A stretch of DNA of 64,000 nt from Marsupella aquatica (taxonomy: Eukaryota; Plantae; Marchantiophyta), in assembly GCA_973895155.1 (NCBI GenBank), contig OZ316891.1:2533324-2597323 (forward strand), in the 5' to 3' direction. This document shows positions 13,046 to 26,225 of this stretch, piece after piece. The notes under the pieces were generated by a model, which was given only the letters and a program-made list of their open reading frames with translations, ran no database searches and was not told where the DNA came from. The first letter of the stretch is position 1; the number at the start of each line of letters is the position of its first letter. The translations under genes and the position numbers were made by a program.

Positions 13046-15002
13046 ATAAGTAGGCTTAGAGTAACAAGATTGGAGTAAGACAAAGTTGGAATATCAATAT
13101 ATTTTTAAATTCACAATTTGGAGCTAAGTTTGAGCTTCAACTTTAACTCTAGATTCCCCTAGCTTTCCTCTATCCCATAGAGAATGTTCAGCCCATTTGG
13201 TTGAGTAGTATAAATGAATTTTTTTAGAGATCCATGTTGATTTTGGCTTCAACTTAGTTGATTCACATTACTGGCCCATGTTTTAATAATTACTCTTTCC
13301 CAGTTTTTGAGTGAAAATTATCATAGATTTAACATGCCTTATATTTCTCACACATTACTATTCTTGCACGTGTTTCCATTCTTGCACATGGCAATTAGTA
13401 CATGAGCAACTTTATTGTGCATCAATCCACATTGCACAACTCTCATCATTGATCAACAAACATCAATGGCTAAGACTAGCTTGTTATCTTATTTTATTGC
13501 CCCAAGTACTATCCAAGTTTTTGTTTCAATTTGGCATCAAAGAATGTGTATCATTCCTGCAAATGAAACCAACATTTTCTTCATGGTTGCCACACGAGTG
13601 TCTTCAATGGTCACACACTTAGTGATACGACACATTGCGCAATCTCCACCATTGATAAGTAAAATCCAACGGATAAGAATTAATGGATGACATGGAATTT
13701 TCTCTGAATTTATAAATTTGCAAGTGTCTCTAACTGGACCCGTAACAAATGCTGCACACAGTTCTATAACAAGTTTGCTTGTTTAGATTCAAAGCCCAAA
13801 CTTGTATATATTTCACTGGTTACATTGGTGAAGTTGTCATCCATATACAAAACCGTGACATATTTATAAATAATGAAAACAAATGTTGCAGTAATGTCAA
13901 TCAGAACATCATTAGTGGCAAAGTATTCAGAAGTTGTTCTCCAAAATATCCATTGAAAAACTTGTCATATCACATAAACGGAGTTCATTTTTTACACTGA
14001 AAATCATTATTTTCTCATCCTTTTCCAATGATGATTCATTTTGCATCAGTATATCACAAGCGAAAGGGCTCATTATGGTTTGCCTCTCACACTGCCTTCC
14101 ACTGTGATCCATTCAAGCTGCCCTCAACTGATTGCGGCCTGTGGATACAAATGAATCTGCCAAATCATTTATGTCAATTAGCAATGTTGGCCCTCATGTG
14201 ATCATGGGTTTGATGAGGGTCTAATCACATGAGGATGATTGGAAACTTTTGGGAAATCTCATTTTTTTCCAAATTTTGTTTAGTGGGTAGGTCTCCATAA
14301 AGTACATGAGGCTGATTGGAAACTTTTGGGAAGTCCCATTTGTTTCAAATTTCTATAGTGAGTAGGTCTTTCACACAGGCTTGAGACAATAAAGTTATAA
14401 CTGAAAAACATTTTTGATGCAACTTGGGATGGTAATCTACCCTACTATCACAAAAAGAACACCATGAAAACTCAAAAAGAACACCATCCTAATCACACCA
14501 GTACCTTTAGTTAATCATCAACAGCTAATCTCATCCATTGATCTCAGAAATTTGAAGGCATATTTGTGCCTTTATTTTTCTTACCCTGTTGTTTGTTGTT
14601 GTTCTGGGCACTTTTTTACGGGTCATGGGTCTAACAGCTTTGGTGGCCTCTAGTCAAACACACATTGTCAAACACACATTGTCGTGTCCATGGAAAGTAC
14701 TAGAGTAGATATCTTGTGAACAAAAGATACTTTCCCAAGGAATGAGGAAGCTAACGACACTATACTAGCCAGCAATTGCAAAATACAGCAAGTCTCTCGC
14801 TCATTGATCCCCCTCGACAGTTTCCAACTTTCCATCTTCTCATCTCCTCTTCATAACTTTTTATGAGTGGACTTGGAGGAGCAATTTCTCCTCTCCTCTT
14901 CTTTCCTGATTTTGCACTCTTCTCTCTTCTCGTCTTCTGTCTTTTCTGTTTTTGGTCTTTAACTGCACCTTCTTCATCTTCTCTTCTTATCGATCATTTT
15001 TG

Positions 15003-15142
15003 GAGGGATATGCTTAGTAGACCCCCTTCTGGAAAAAGTTTATTTAATCAACCCCCTCACACTTTTCCCCAATCTGGACCGTTGATGGACTTTTCGATCT
15101 CAGATCTGGGCCGTCATAGACCTCAGGGGGTCGATCAAGCAA
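15003..15142. mobile_element. Second copy of the Mutator-like MITE at 10258
   Basis: gatatgcttagtagacccccttctggaaaaagttt...ccccaatctggaccgttgatgga is near-identical to 10262-10344. Confidence 0.6.
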
Positions 15143-15544
15143 AAACGTCATCATTTTTGTCTTTTGCCATAAATCGTTCTCCTCTTCTTTCCTGACGTTG
15201 CACTGTTTTGTACTTATCCACGATTATAATTATCTACAGGAACCAGCCCAGGCAGGATCCATCGTTGGTACGTCAAACAAGGGGACGATTTAGTTGAGTA
15301 GTTCATCGATACGGGGAAAGTTTGAGTAATCACTAGGAGAATATCTGACCACAGGATCTTCCAAGAAGTATGAAACACACCACACCGGCACACCAGTACA
15401 CCACACCGATTGTGCGATCCGTCATGTGTCATAATTGAGAAAAGACTCTATGTAACCAGCTGTTGCCTGCGAGGAAGCTGACACAAAAATGCTAGACTTA
15501 AAGCGCCAAGCAATGAATACCACTCTAGACGAGGGAGCCTGGGA

Positions 15545-15809
15545 CCAGCGTATTTGTTAAGGATTTCACTTTTTCTCCAGAGTGGCGAATGTAAAGTGTG
15601 TGAAGGAGAAGATGCTCAAAAGATCCACTATTCAATTATTTTTGTGACCGTTAGATCTCCCTAGATTTGAGGCTGACCGTTAGATTATGGCTAATGGGGC
15701 CTGGGATTAGGTGGAACACTGGCTAATGAGATAGCAAAATAGTAAAGAATTTTTGAAAGATTTTCGGGGAGGTGGAATCTAGCAAATTTTGGCCACTACA
15801 AAAACACTG
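15545..15809. mobile_element. MITE family B, copy 1 (about 265 bp)
   Basis: Begins CCAGCGTATTTGTT and ends AAAAACACTG; collinear with 33661-33940 (ccagagtggc, gtgtgaaggagaa, gaccgttagatctccctagatt, ggctaatgg, ggggaggtgga). Confidence 0.6.
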
Positions 15810-15860
15810 CCTGGGACTCTTCATGCAAACCTTTGTTAGAAACTCAATTACTACAACCCT

Positions 15861-16015
15861 TTGGGTCACATTCTTAGATCTGCCTGGCAGCTTCGATTTA
15901 TTGATGGTTCCATTTACTACAACTCCTTGGGTCACATTCTTAGATCTGCCTGGCAGCTTCCATTTATTGACGGTTCCATTTACTACACCCCTTGGGTCAC
16001 ATTCTTAGATCTGCC
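15861..16015. repeat. Tandem repeat, about 66-bp unit x2.4
   Basis: ttgggtcacattcttagatctgcc starts at 15861, about 15927 and about 15992. Confidence 0.8.
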
Positions 16016-16312
16016 CAACAAATTCCATTTCGTTGACGTAGTTCATAAGAGACCTCCAAGTTTTCTAAGTGTGACTTTTTGTTCCCTTCTAGATTAAGTC
16101 TGCACTGTATCATGAATGGAAACATTTGAAGTTGGCTTCACAAGAACTTGGGATCCCGTTTGTCTAGTACCAATCTCACATAGTAAGCAGTGTGCCCAAG
16201 TAAATGCACATGTTGAGTTCTTATTTTGTCCAAAATTTTAGACTCCATCTCCACAAGTGATCCAAACTCTTCAAAACTTGGGCTCCTTCATGAGTGATAG
16301 GAAATCTATTCT

Positions 16313-16324
16313 TAGAACAAGAAG
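16313..16324 (-). promoter_or_regulatory. CTTC/MYCS-like mycorrhiza-responsive motif CTTCTTGTTCTA, about 1.9 kb upstream of the PHT1 ATG
   Basis: + strand TAGAACAAGAAG is the reverse complement of CTTCTTGTTCTA; function untested and the position is distal. Confidence 0.35.
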
Positions 16325-17197
16325 TGACTCTCCACTTTGCAGTGGTAAAAAAAACTTGCAAGTCTCGAATGTCTTTTAAAGTCACCCTAAACCTCCTCGA
16401 AAGTGTCTCATCTCTTTTGTCCAAAGAGCTTTGGTGCACCTCACTTTGGGGCCATGGGAGTCAGTACACAAGTTGGTTAAACCACACCTGCCCCTATAAA
16501 GGGCCCGTAGCTCTCATTCTGAAGAGTACAAGTTCGGAAATGGACTTTGAGCTTCACAAAAGGTGTTGACTGCAAAAGCTTTTTTTGGCAAGTACTTCAC
16601 AAAAAGTGCTAGTGTTCCTCCTTTTATGGTGAGTAGTGAGCCAAGGAATGAGGCTTTTATAGTGGCAGGTGTGGTTTAACTGAATTGGAACCTCAATTGC
16701 GGCAATGAAAACTCCTACAATTGGGCAGGCTAAAATGACTGTCAAGCAAAAGCTCTGCCCTTATTTGGTTATGCTAAAATGTGAGGGCCTAAACCATCAT
16801 GTTTTATCATGTTTTCACTTTCTGTAAGTATGAATGCCAGTGACCTAAAAGTGGAGTACATAATACATTGACTGGAGTATTGAATGCCAGGACCCAACGA
16901 CAACAATATTGTTCTAAGAAAGGCTAGTCCACAATCCTCTAAGACTGTGGGCCCTCTACTCCTCCGTGAGTCCTGTCGTGAGGCCAGGATCTAACATCGT
17001 CAGGTGGTGCTGCGTCCTCAAAAAACATTGCTCCACATCTATAAGTGTTTGCCGTAAATACAACCCACGAAAAGACAAGCGCCTAAAAAAAAAGTGCTCC
17101 ACATCTATATTGTAGTGAACTTTTCCCCTTTGTTTGCAGGATTTACCCCGGACTGTTCAAACGCGGTCCTTGTCATCGTTTTGCTAGTTGAAGCTTG

Positions 17198-17205
17198 GCA
17201 TATCC
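17198..17205. promoter_or_regulatory. P1BS (GNATATNC) candidate PHR-binding site upstream of PHT1
   Basis: GCATATCC about 1.04 kb upstream of ATG 18243; a short motif that is common by chance. Confidence 0.35.
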
Positions 17206-18242
17206 AAATCTTGATATCAGCACGGTATAGGTCAACACAAATCAATGCTCCGTCGAGCCATTCTGAGGCTTTACTTGCCATTCAAGGAATTGGCCCTCAG
17301 TTTGCGAAATCAACGATTTGAACACGAATAGATGGGCAGAGCTGACGGTCAGGAGCACCATCCGCAAATTCCACGAAGCGAACTTACTCACAACCAGACT
17401 AACTTCAAATATGCTACTCCACAATACCTTTCGTGTTCGGGGCAATAGAGTACACACTGCCTGGTAAACACAGGACTTTATATCTACTTAGTGGCTTTGA
17501 GTGGGCCCATTTGGAACTTTGGGCATCTGCTAAGTTATATGATCCGATTCGCTTACTACAGTATTGTACATTTTTCCATCGTTTTCTTCGCTTTCTTGGT
17601 AAAGTTGATTTCCAAGGCAAGAATTTTCTATCTTTTCTGCCATGTAATGGATCTGTGTACGCGGGACCTGATATGGGATGGCCCACGTCCGAGGGTGAGA
17701 AACAAAATGTCAAAGTACCGATTCTACTACTTTCTTGGTAGTTTGCCCACAGGCCGCCTCAATCTTCAACGCTACTACTGTAAAGCATTGCGTCTCCACC
17801 GGGGTCTCCACGCGCTTGGAGGGCCTTTTTCCCTTACAGAAATTATGCTCCACTTCAACAACATTTGCGTATACAGCACTGGATTTGAGGTCAGGGCTAG
17901 AGTCGCGTCGGCCGTGTAGCCTCGATTTGCGATTCGAGTAAATTCTGGGCCAATCGAAGTTCCTTTCGCAATATGGTGTGTAGGGGAAGACCTCTGAAAT
18001 TGGATTGTGGGAATTGGGTGACATACAGAGTTGCGCTGTCATTGAAATGAGACGCTTAGCGAGATTCAATTTCTTCACAGACGTTGGTGAGAGACTTGAA
18101 CAAATGGGAGACTTGAACAAATGGAGAGAACCCTGGCTGGTTGAGAGGTCCACTTGATATGGGATATTGATCATGATCTACTAGGCACTAGGTTCTAAGA
18201 GAAAATTGTGATAGCATTTGAATCTTGACAAGGAGAGGGATA

Positions 18243-20185
18243 ATGGCAATCAGCGTTTTGAAAGCTCTGGATATAGCACGTACTCAGCGGTACCATTTCA
18301 CGGCGATACTAATTGCAGGCCTGGGGTTCTTCACAGATGCTTACGACCTCTTTGCTACCCTGTCTATCACGAACTTGCTGGGGCGATTGTACTATTACAA
18401 AATAGGTGATGCAACTCCAGGAAAACTTCCTTCTGGAGTGTATTCAGCTCTCACGGGGACAGCTTACGCCGGTGCCGTCTGTGGCCAACTTTTCTTTGGC
18501 TGGGCTGGTGATAAACTTGGGCGGAGAAGAGTTTATGGAATCACTCTCACCCTGATGATGGTTTCCTCCATCAGTTGCGGGCTTTCTTACGGTACGACTA
18601 CAAAGAGCGTGATCACAACGCTATGCTTCTTTCGCTTCTGGATAGGCTTCGGGATAGGAGGTGATTATCCTCTCAGCGCCACAATCATGTCCGAGTATTC
18701 GAATACTAAAACTCGGGGAGCTTTCGTTGCTTCTGTTTTCGCCATGCAAGGACTTGGCATCCTCAGCGCTGCAGCGGTGACTTTGATTCTGTCAGTGGTA
18801 TTTAAGGCGGCCATCAAAAGTCCACCTTTTAATTCTAGCAACCCTGTGGCATTCACTCCACCGGAAGCAGATTTCTTGTGGCGCACCGTGTTCGTGATTG
18901 GTGCACTTCCGGCAGCGCTCACGTACTATTTCCGCATGAGGATGCCAGAAACGGCCCGGTACACAGCCCTTGTTTTGGGTGAGACAGGACAAGCGACGAA
19001 AGATATGAAAGGTGTCCTTGACATCCATGGGGGTGTTATTGACATTCCGTTCCAGAGTCAGGATTGGAGCCAGGACGTCTCACGAGGGTCAGAACGCAGT
19101 CCACGAAACCAACCCGAGAACCCACCATTTGGATTGTTTTCAAGAGAGTTCGTCATACGGCACGGAACAGAGCTTCTAGGCGTGACGGTCTGCTGGTTCT
19201 TGATCGACGTGGTGTTTTATTCCCTCAATTTGTATCAGAAAATTATATTCACTTCCGTGCACTGGCTGCCACCGGCTGAGAAAATGAGTGCTTTGGAGGA
19301 AACTTACAAAATTAGTCGATCACAGGCACTTATCGCACTTGTTGCCACAGTTCCAGGTAAGAACCTTCTAAGTACTTGGTATCCTGAATGCTGTACACTC
19401 AGATTACATGAACATTACAGAACAAAACGATTGTGTTTGACTCAGTGAATGATACAGAAATCATTGGAGCCAGTATCATGAGCCTCCGAGTTCTTCTCGA
19501 TGGACGATTTCATCTAAAAAAACTGTACAACTAAACTGCAAGTTTGATTGGGTTGGTGGATTCAGGTTATTGGGTCACGGTGGCCACAATCGATATAATG
19601 GGCCGGAAAGCGATTCAATTGATGGGGTTCGCCATGATGACGCTTTTCATGGTAGTATTGGCTGCCGATTATCAGGATTTGAAGACTAAGCCTATTTTAT
19701 TCGTTGCGATGTATGCACTCACCCTCTTCTTCGCCAATTGGGGCCCCAACGCGACGACCTTCGTAATCCCGGCTGAGCTCTTCCCAGCTCGGTTAAGAAC
19801 TACTTGCAATGGAATCGCAGCAGCATCAGGCAAGATGGGGGCCCTCGTGGGTGCATTTGGAGTGGTACGGAAAAATTTCACCAACGACGGTGATCTAGAT
19901 TCCCCATCCCGAATCGTCCTTGGGGTAATCGCCGTTTGTAATTGTATTGGATTTTTTGTCACTTTTCTGCTACCTGAAACGAAAGGAAAATCTTTGGAAG
20001 AGTTGTCGGGCGAGAGAGTTCCTGAATCAGGAATGGGCCGAGAGATGGGAGAGGAACTATCATTCAGCGTCAGTATAAATGATGGAACTTGCCTTCTTGG
20101 GCAAGTTGATCGACTTAGCCATGTCCCTTCGCGTCCAAATAGTAATCCACCTACTCCTCATAGACGATCCCGAAGTCAAGGATGA
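18243..20185 (+). CDS. PHT1: PHT1-family H+/phosphate symporter (MFS); exons 18243-19356 and 19566-20185, about 577 aa
   Basis: N-terminus VLKALDIARTQRYHFTAILIAGLGFFTDAYDLF, PHT1 signature GGDYPLSATIMSE, FFANWGPNATTFVIPAELFPARLRTTCNGIAAASGK and C-terminal PETKGKSLEE; a GT-AG intron joins in frame (VPG|YW). Confidence 0.95.
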
Positions 20186-20272
20186 GGTATTGAGGTGGTT
20201 AGCCATGTCCCTTCGCGTCCAAATAGTAATCCACCTACTCCTCATAGGCGATCCCGAAGTCAAGGATGAGGT
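20115..20272 (+). repeat. 74-bp duplication (period 84) spanning the PHT1 stop codon
   Basis: 20115-20188 is repeated at 20199-20272 with one visible mismatch (tagacg/taggcg). Confidence 0.9.
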
Positions 20273-23200
20273 GGGAAAAGTGGGAATGCTGAACATTTTT
20301 GATGCTGATGTACCCCGTCATCCGGTAGGATTAATTGGAGGCTGACCTTCTGTACGATATGTGCAACTGTCAACCTCGTCCTTAGTGTATAATAAGTAGA
20401 TTGTTTGACATTGGAAGATTGGCCGAGTACGGTAGATGATGTAACGGACAGACTGAGATTGTCAAATGCCAGTTGAGTTACTTCGCATTTAGCAAGACAG
20501 TAGCAACTATATTTGGTAGGTCTGGGCCTACTCGCATCGCTTGCATTTATCTAGCTTTCTTGCCAGCTGGAAATCAATGATGAGTTGGGGTTCTCGAAGC
20601 TTTCTCGACCGCTTTCTGTGTACAAGCGCCGTGCATGAATAGAGTTTCACAATCACTCGGAAGTTCGTGGTCGTTGGGAAATTAATGTATAACTTGTATA
20701 TAGTACAGTCCGGCTCAGTTTGATATCAGAGTCAACATGTCGATTATTGGGAACGTTTATGACCAATGTGAAGATGTCAAAACGTCAAATCAATCGGGAA
20801 TCTTGGTAGTTTAGTTTCATCTTACTTTCCAATCATGCATTTCTCATCGACCTAGCTGGCCTACCGTAAGCTTAGCTAGAGAACACGTTGAAAGAAAGCA
20901 CTGCTGCAAGCTCGCTGTAAGCACATTCAATTGCCTAGCTTCACATTCGAATTGAAGGTCGCTGTCACGTGAGTCTAGACACTATTATTTGACAGGTTTT
21001 CATAATTCGGAAGAGGTGCCTTAATGCCCTTCATGGACACTTCTGGGATGGAAACATTCAGGATCAAGCTAGACTCGTTCTCAAGCTGTAATTACATTTT
21101 TCCGAAAATTGCAAGTGCATGCTTGTGAGTGTGAGTAATTCCGAACCAAAGAGTGAGAATGAATTGCCAGATTGAAGGCAGTGTCATGGTTTCTTCATAA
21201 CTCGGCTCAGTCTGAAAAATGAATGGAAGTGTTGAATTGGGACTCAGCTCTGACTTATCGATCTAGAGCTCAGAGTGCTGGGGTTATTTCGTAACTATTT
21301 GTGGGCAGGACAAGGGGTTCTGAGTATTGTTGACTGTTGAGGATAGCTTGGAACGAAGAAATTGCAAGCATGTCAGCATGTCTGGAGTACTTGCCAAGTT
21401 TTTGATGATTATTGCAAATCACACATCCTGCACTCGACCGTGCGCCGTTCTCTGTCTCTCGTCAGGAATCGGTTGACAGCCTCGTGGGTTTAGGGATCTT
21501 TTCAAAAGTGCCTTTTCATTCGACAGGGTTAAAATAGTGATCAATGATAATCAATGAGTCCCGACTATTTCGAAACAACTTTTATAAAGTCAGCACCGCT
21601 GCTAATCTATGAAGTTGGACCAACAAAACTCTTGTGTATCGTACAGCAGAACAATTTGACTTGAGATGACTCCTCTCAGATCCTTTATCAACAGATAGAA
21701 AGTTAACAAGAAGCACAATTTCACTATTTCCTGCTCATTTGGATGAACAATTATGGTAGATAACTTATCTACTCTAGAAATCCATGAAAATTATACAGAA
21801 CAACTGTTTTGGTGCCTTTTAGCCCAGCTTTTGCTTCAGTGAATAATTCTCTACCATTTTTGCACTTCCTGCGGCAAAGTGGGAGGTGATAAACCTGCTT
21901 GCAGAGTTCTCCAGCTTCAATGGAGACATGGCCATATCTTAGAAAGACAGGACCAAGGACATCTACAGCAGTTTTTCTTGTATAAATATACATTGTTGGG
22001 TGGGCCAAAATCCCCAATTTAGACTAGCACTGAGCAACTATAATGATCTTACTGCAGGAGGTCCTCACTCCATTTGTGAAATTCAGGCATTTTTGACTCA
22101 TTCTATTTGCTTTTTGGTCAGACCTGGGAGGTGTTAGGGGTCTGTCATAGTGTGGTAGAGCTTCTTCTAGATATTCGTTAGGTACTCTAATCTTGGATGC
22201 ATTTGAGGGTTTCTGGGGATGGTGAATGTCACCTTGTGTGCGAGGAGAACATGCCAGGAACATTTTTTAACGAGAAGATGTTTAGGAATAGTCTTTGTCT
22301 AACTTTACGAGATTAGTTTATGACAATCAGATCTCCCTAGGTTTAAGGACAATCTTTAGATTCTGCTTAATGGTGTATGTTACTAAGTGGGCAAAACTGG
22401 CTAATGGAAGAAAAAAATGCGGCCTACCCAAATTGTATCAAAAGTGACAAATACTTTTCAGAGTGGAATCTAGGGAGTTGTGCTACTAAAAAAATCTATA
22501 GTTTATGCAATATCTGGCTTATGATCCGCTTACAGGTGTCGCTGGTGTACTGGAGTTCAAATAATGATGTAAGCATAGCATTTTGTTGAAAGAATTGCTC
22601 ATGTCACAACATAGTCACTCGGAGGTGAGGTACCAAGCTGCCATGATGTTCTTGCCAATTAAAGTCCAGGGGCCTTTCGTTTAGAGAACTTTACCTGAAA
22701 GGTGTTACAATATTTCAAATATGTCCTGAAATTTCCTAAGTGTTGAGGGCATTGTCTAATAGTAGAATTGGCTAGTGGCCCTTTCCTGGATTGTTTCGTT
22801 AAATAGAGGGCAACCAAAGTACTAACCAAAGTTTTGGACTGGGCCCTAACATGGGCCTAACAACTCACCCTCTACTCATACGCCAACACCAAATGTGCAA
22901 AAATAGTATTAGTGTAAGTTGGACAAGATTTCGAATAATAACGTTGTAATAGGAAAATAGAGAGGATATTTCTGTGGTATCCCCCTTTTCATGCACACTC
23001 TTGTCTTTTCAGAAAACATCCAGAACAAGAAGAAGAAGTAATTGAGGCAGTTTATTCCTTTTTTTTCATAAGGGTTATATATAGCCCTTTAGTAGACCTC
23101 TTCTTCGTACTCGTATTTGAGTTCCAGGGAGATATTGATTCTGCTTCACCGTACTAGATATTTGATTCTTCTGTGTAAGAACCAAAGAAAGATTTTATTA

Positions 23201-25919
23201 GCTGTACACCATTCATTAATCCAGTCAATACACCTGCAAGAAGAAGACGTGCATGACATTTCAACTGACAGGAGCGAAAGCCAAAGTTGAACACCCAGAA
23301 ACTCAGGAGGAAGTGGGTGAAACGACCAATACCATAAACATAGTACCTTAGCCCGTGAGGGCAAACGTTGCAAGAAGTGCATGAGAACAAAGGAACTTGG
23401 GGGGAGGAAATAACCAGCCAACAACTCCAAACCAAACTATTGTACTAGGACAATCTTTCTCTTGGCCAACCCCATTGTGCTTGTGGGGAGTCAGTAGATC
23501 TGGAATACTCTCAGGATTGAGATGGTGGGGGCACTTGTGAATTTTTTTCACCAAAGCAAACTCGAGGGTCATTTTAGATACTAATGGTAGTGTACGGGGG
23601 CTAAAAGTGTTAACTTGAACTAGGAATTCCTTTATAGCCCCAAACTTATTGTAATGCTAACTCCAGCAATAACTTGCTGGAGTAACTTGCTAAGAGTCAA
23701 GTCAGGCACCCACTTTACCTCAAAGCCACTTACGTGGTTGGCTAGAAACCTTCTAGCTCTGACATGAGAAGATTTCATGAAGGACTTGTGGGCCTACTTT
23801 TAATGCAAATGACTCAAAACAGGAATGGATCAAGCGACCAGATGAAGAGACCTCCAAGAGAGGTGATCCAGAGTCTGGGACCAAAATGTGCTCCACATAA
23901 GCAAAATTTGGGCCCCACTTTTTTATATGTAGATCAGCAGCTATATAGAAAGAAACTGCCCCAACATTTTGTAAATGGATATGCAATTGCATCTCGCCAA
24001 TGGATGGCCCTGATCACATCTTGAAGACCAAAAAAAGTCAAAACTCCCACTAATGTGTTGTAAAGCCACTCATATATACTCAGGTGGAGGGCAATCAATG
24101 TTGAAACTTAAAGAAGTTCAAGAGAACAAAGGAACTTGGGGGATAAAACTAATCAGCTAACAACTCCAAACCAAACTATCATACTAGTACCATATTTTCC
24201 CCCAGGTTTTCCCTGGCTAACCCACTTGTGTTCCGGGTTTTATTTGGATCTGGAAGGAGTTAAATACTTAGGTGTGGTCAAGGGAGTGGGATAACTGTGA
24301 CACACGATGACAGACAAGATGTGGTGGCAATCATTGCCCTGGATTTGGGATATCATGTTTCTAGGGAGTAGCAACATATACTCCCACCTTGGGCTGATGT
24401 TCATGTTAGATGACTGGCTAGTCTTGTATTTTCTAGGGCAAGAGTATGGGCCTATGATGATGTGGTTTTTAGCAGATCCTAACGGGAGCAATGTTGTGGT
24501 CATTGCCCATGTACTGGGCGATGCTGCAGCCATGGCAGCCTGTCGCAAGGAGGTGCATATGTTGTTTGCCATCCTCAGGAATTCTTCTTACCCACTTATA
24601 TTGGAGGTCTATGGGACTCTACACCCTATGTTTGACTGTTTCCTATGAGCATCGGTCTTTGGAATGTATGTAACACATTTGGCCTTAACCCCCAATATCT
24701 ATCTTCATTGTCTTCTTTTGACAACAGGTCTTGATGCACTAGAAAGGGCTCAAGCCTTCACTACTCTTCCATGGGTCGAGGCTGTTGGTTTTAGGGCATT
24801 TAGACCAAGTCTGGACACACCCCTCTTTGTCACCCTCCTATGCGGTTTACTCCAGAGTTTTACCAAGATTGTCAATTTGCTGCTTAGTAGAGCTTTTATT
24901 AGTTACTTTGCTGTTTTAGGGTAGTCCTTGGGCTGTTGGCTCTTTTGGTACACCTAGGTATGTCCTTTGTGTTGTCCCCTTTATGGAGTCTCTTGCTTCT
25001 TGCCAGAATCTTGTCTCCTGGTTTGGCACATTTTGCTCTTTGGCAATGTGATATCTCGTGTGATATACCATATTTGTCATCATTCAGTGTAGTAGCAATC
25101 TCATGAAAAGTGCATTCAAACTAAGAGACTCACATGGGTTCCATGAAAAGTGCAGTAAACTCTTAAACATACATTGGATGAATGAAAATATGCCTTACTT
25201 TAGAAGTAGCGTTCTCATTATTTGCCTTGGAAATCACAAAGTCATGAAAAAGGGAGAGAGAGCAAAACAAAGAAGGGGGCCAGTCATGACCGCATTCCAT
25301 TTAACCCAGTTGAAGCTAGCTCTTTACTCTAAGCTAGTCCAAACAAATTTAATTAGCATCTCTTGTTGTCACTGATTCCTGACTTAATAATAATTTAGAA
25401 TTGATGTCCACCTTTACTAATGATTTAGAATTGAAAAGCCTGAATGCCCATTCTTTGAATGCAAATAGAAATCATGACAAAAACATGCATGATCATCATT
25501 TGACATACATCATACCCATGAGTCTTTCTGTCCACATGGTGGGCCATAGAGTTACGGTCTAGAGGTTTCACTCTAGAAACCTAGACTGCAACTCTAGCTT
25601 AGGGTTCATGCTTTGTAGTAAGATGTCTAAAGCTAGCACTTATATTGCACTCGTTAATGACAAGACTTATAATGAGAAAAAATACTTTAACTTACTTATG
25701 TGCTATCCCGATCCAATATATGAATTTTTCCCTGTCAAAAAGTTTTCTCAGTCTATTTTCTTGGGTATTCCACTAACACTAGCCACAACACCTGTGCAAG
25801 GTCTATTTCAGCAGAAAAGTAACATGTTTTTTTAGAGCATTTTGTCTCATCTAAAACTTTTCAGGCTATTGTGCATGGAATGTCTTTTCCTCCTCATTTT
25901 CCAAAATAACCCTCATATT

Positions 25920-26225
25920 TGTTGACTATTGCTCTTAGTCTTGTGACTCTAGGGCTAACCACAATTAGGCTAACTCAGGTTAGGTCGACTTAGCTTAGGT
26001 TAGCAGTGATGCATGCTGTATATAACCAGGGCTGATGCCAGCCCCTGGTGGATCTTTAATTCATTGTTGGAGTGGAGCAAGAGAGTAGTAAAGGTCTCTT
26101 GCTTTCCCGTGGACGTAGCCTCAGTTGTGAGGTGAACCCGGGGGTGAACCACATACTCATTGTGTCAATTATTTGTATGGTGTTTACATGTGCATGGTGT
26201 CCCAGGATAAGGATTATCCTCAACA
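25920..26225 (+). mobile_element. Solo LTR related to the copia element at 45124-49273
   Basis: TG...CA ends and 5-bp TSD ATATT (25915-25919, 26226-26230); matches the reverse complement of LTR 45124-45466 (agtcttgtgactc, ggctgatgccag, cccgtggacgtagcctca, gaggtgaacc). Confidence 0.85.

Noticed and set aside
21700-25000. Short ORFs that may be transposon or gene relics
   Set aside because: Fragmented, with no motif I can assign; a translated database search is needed.
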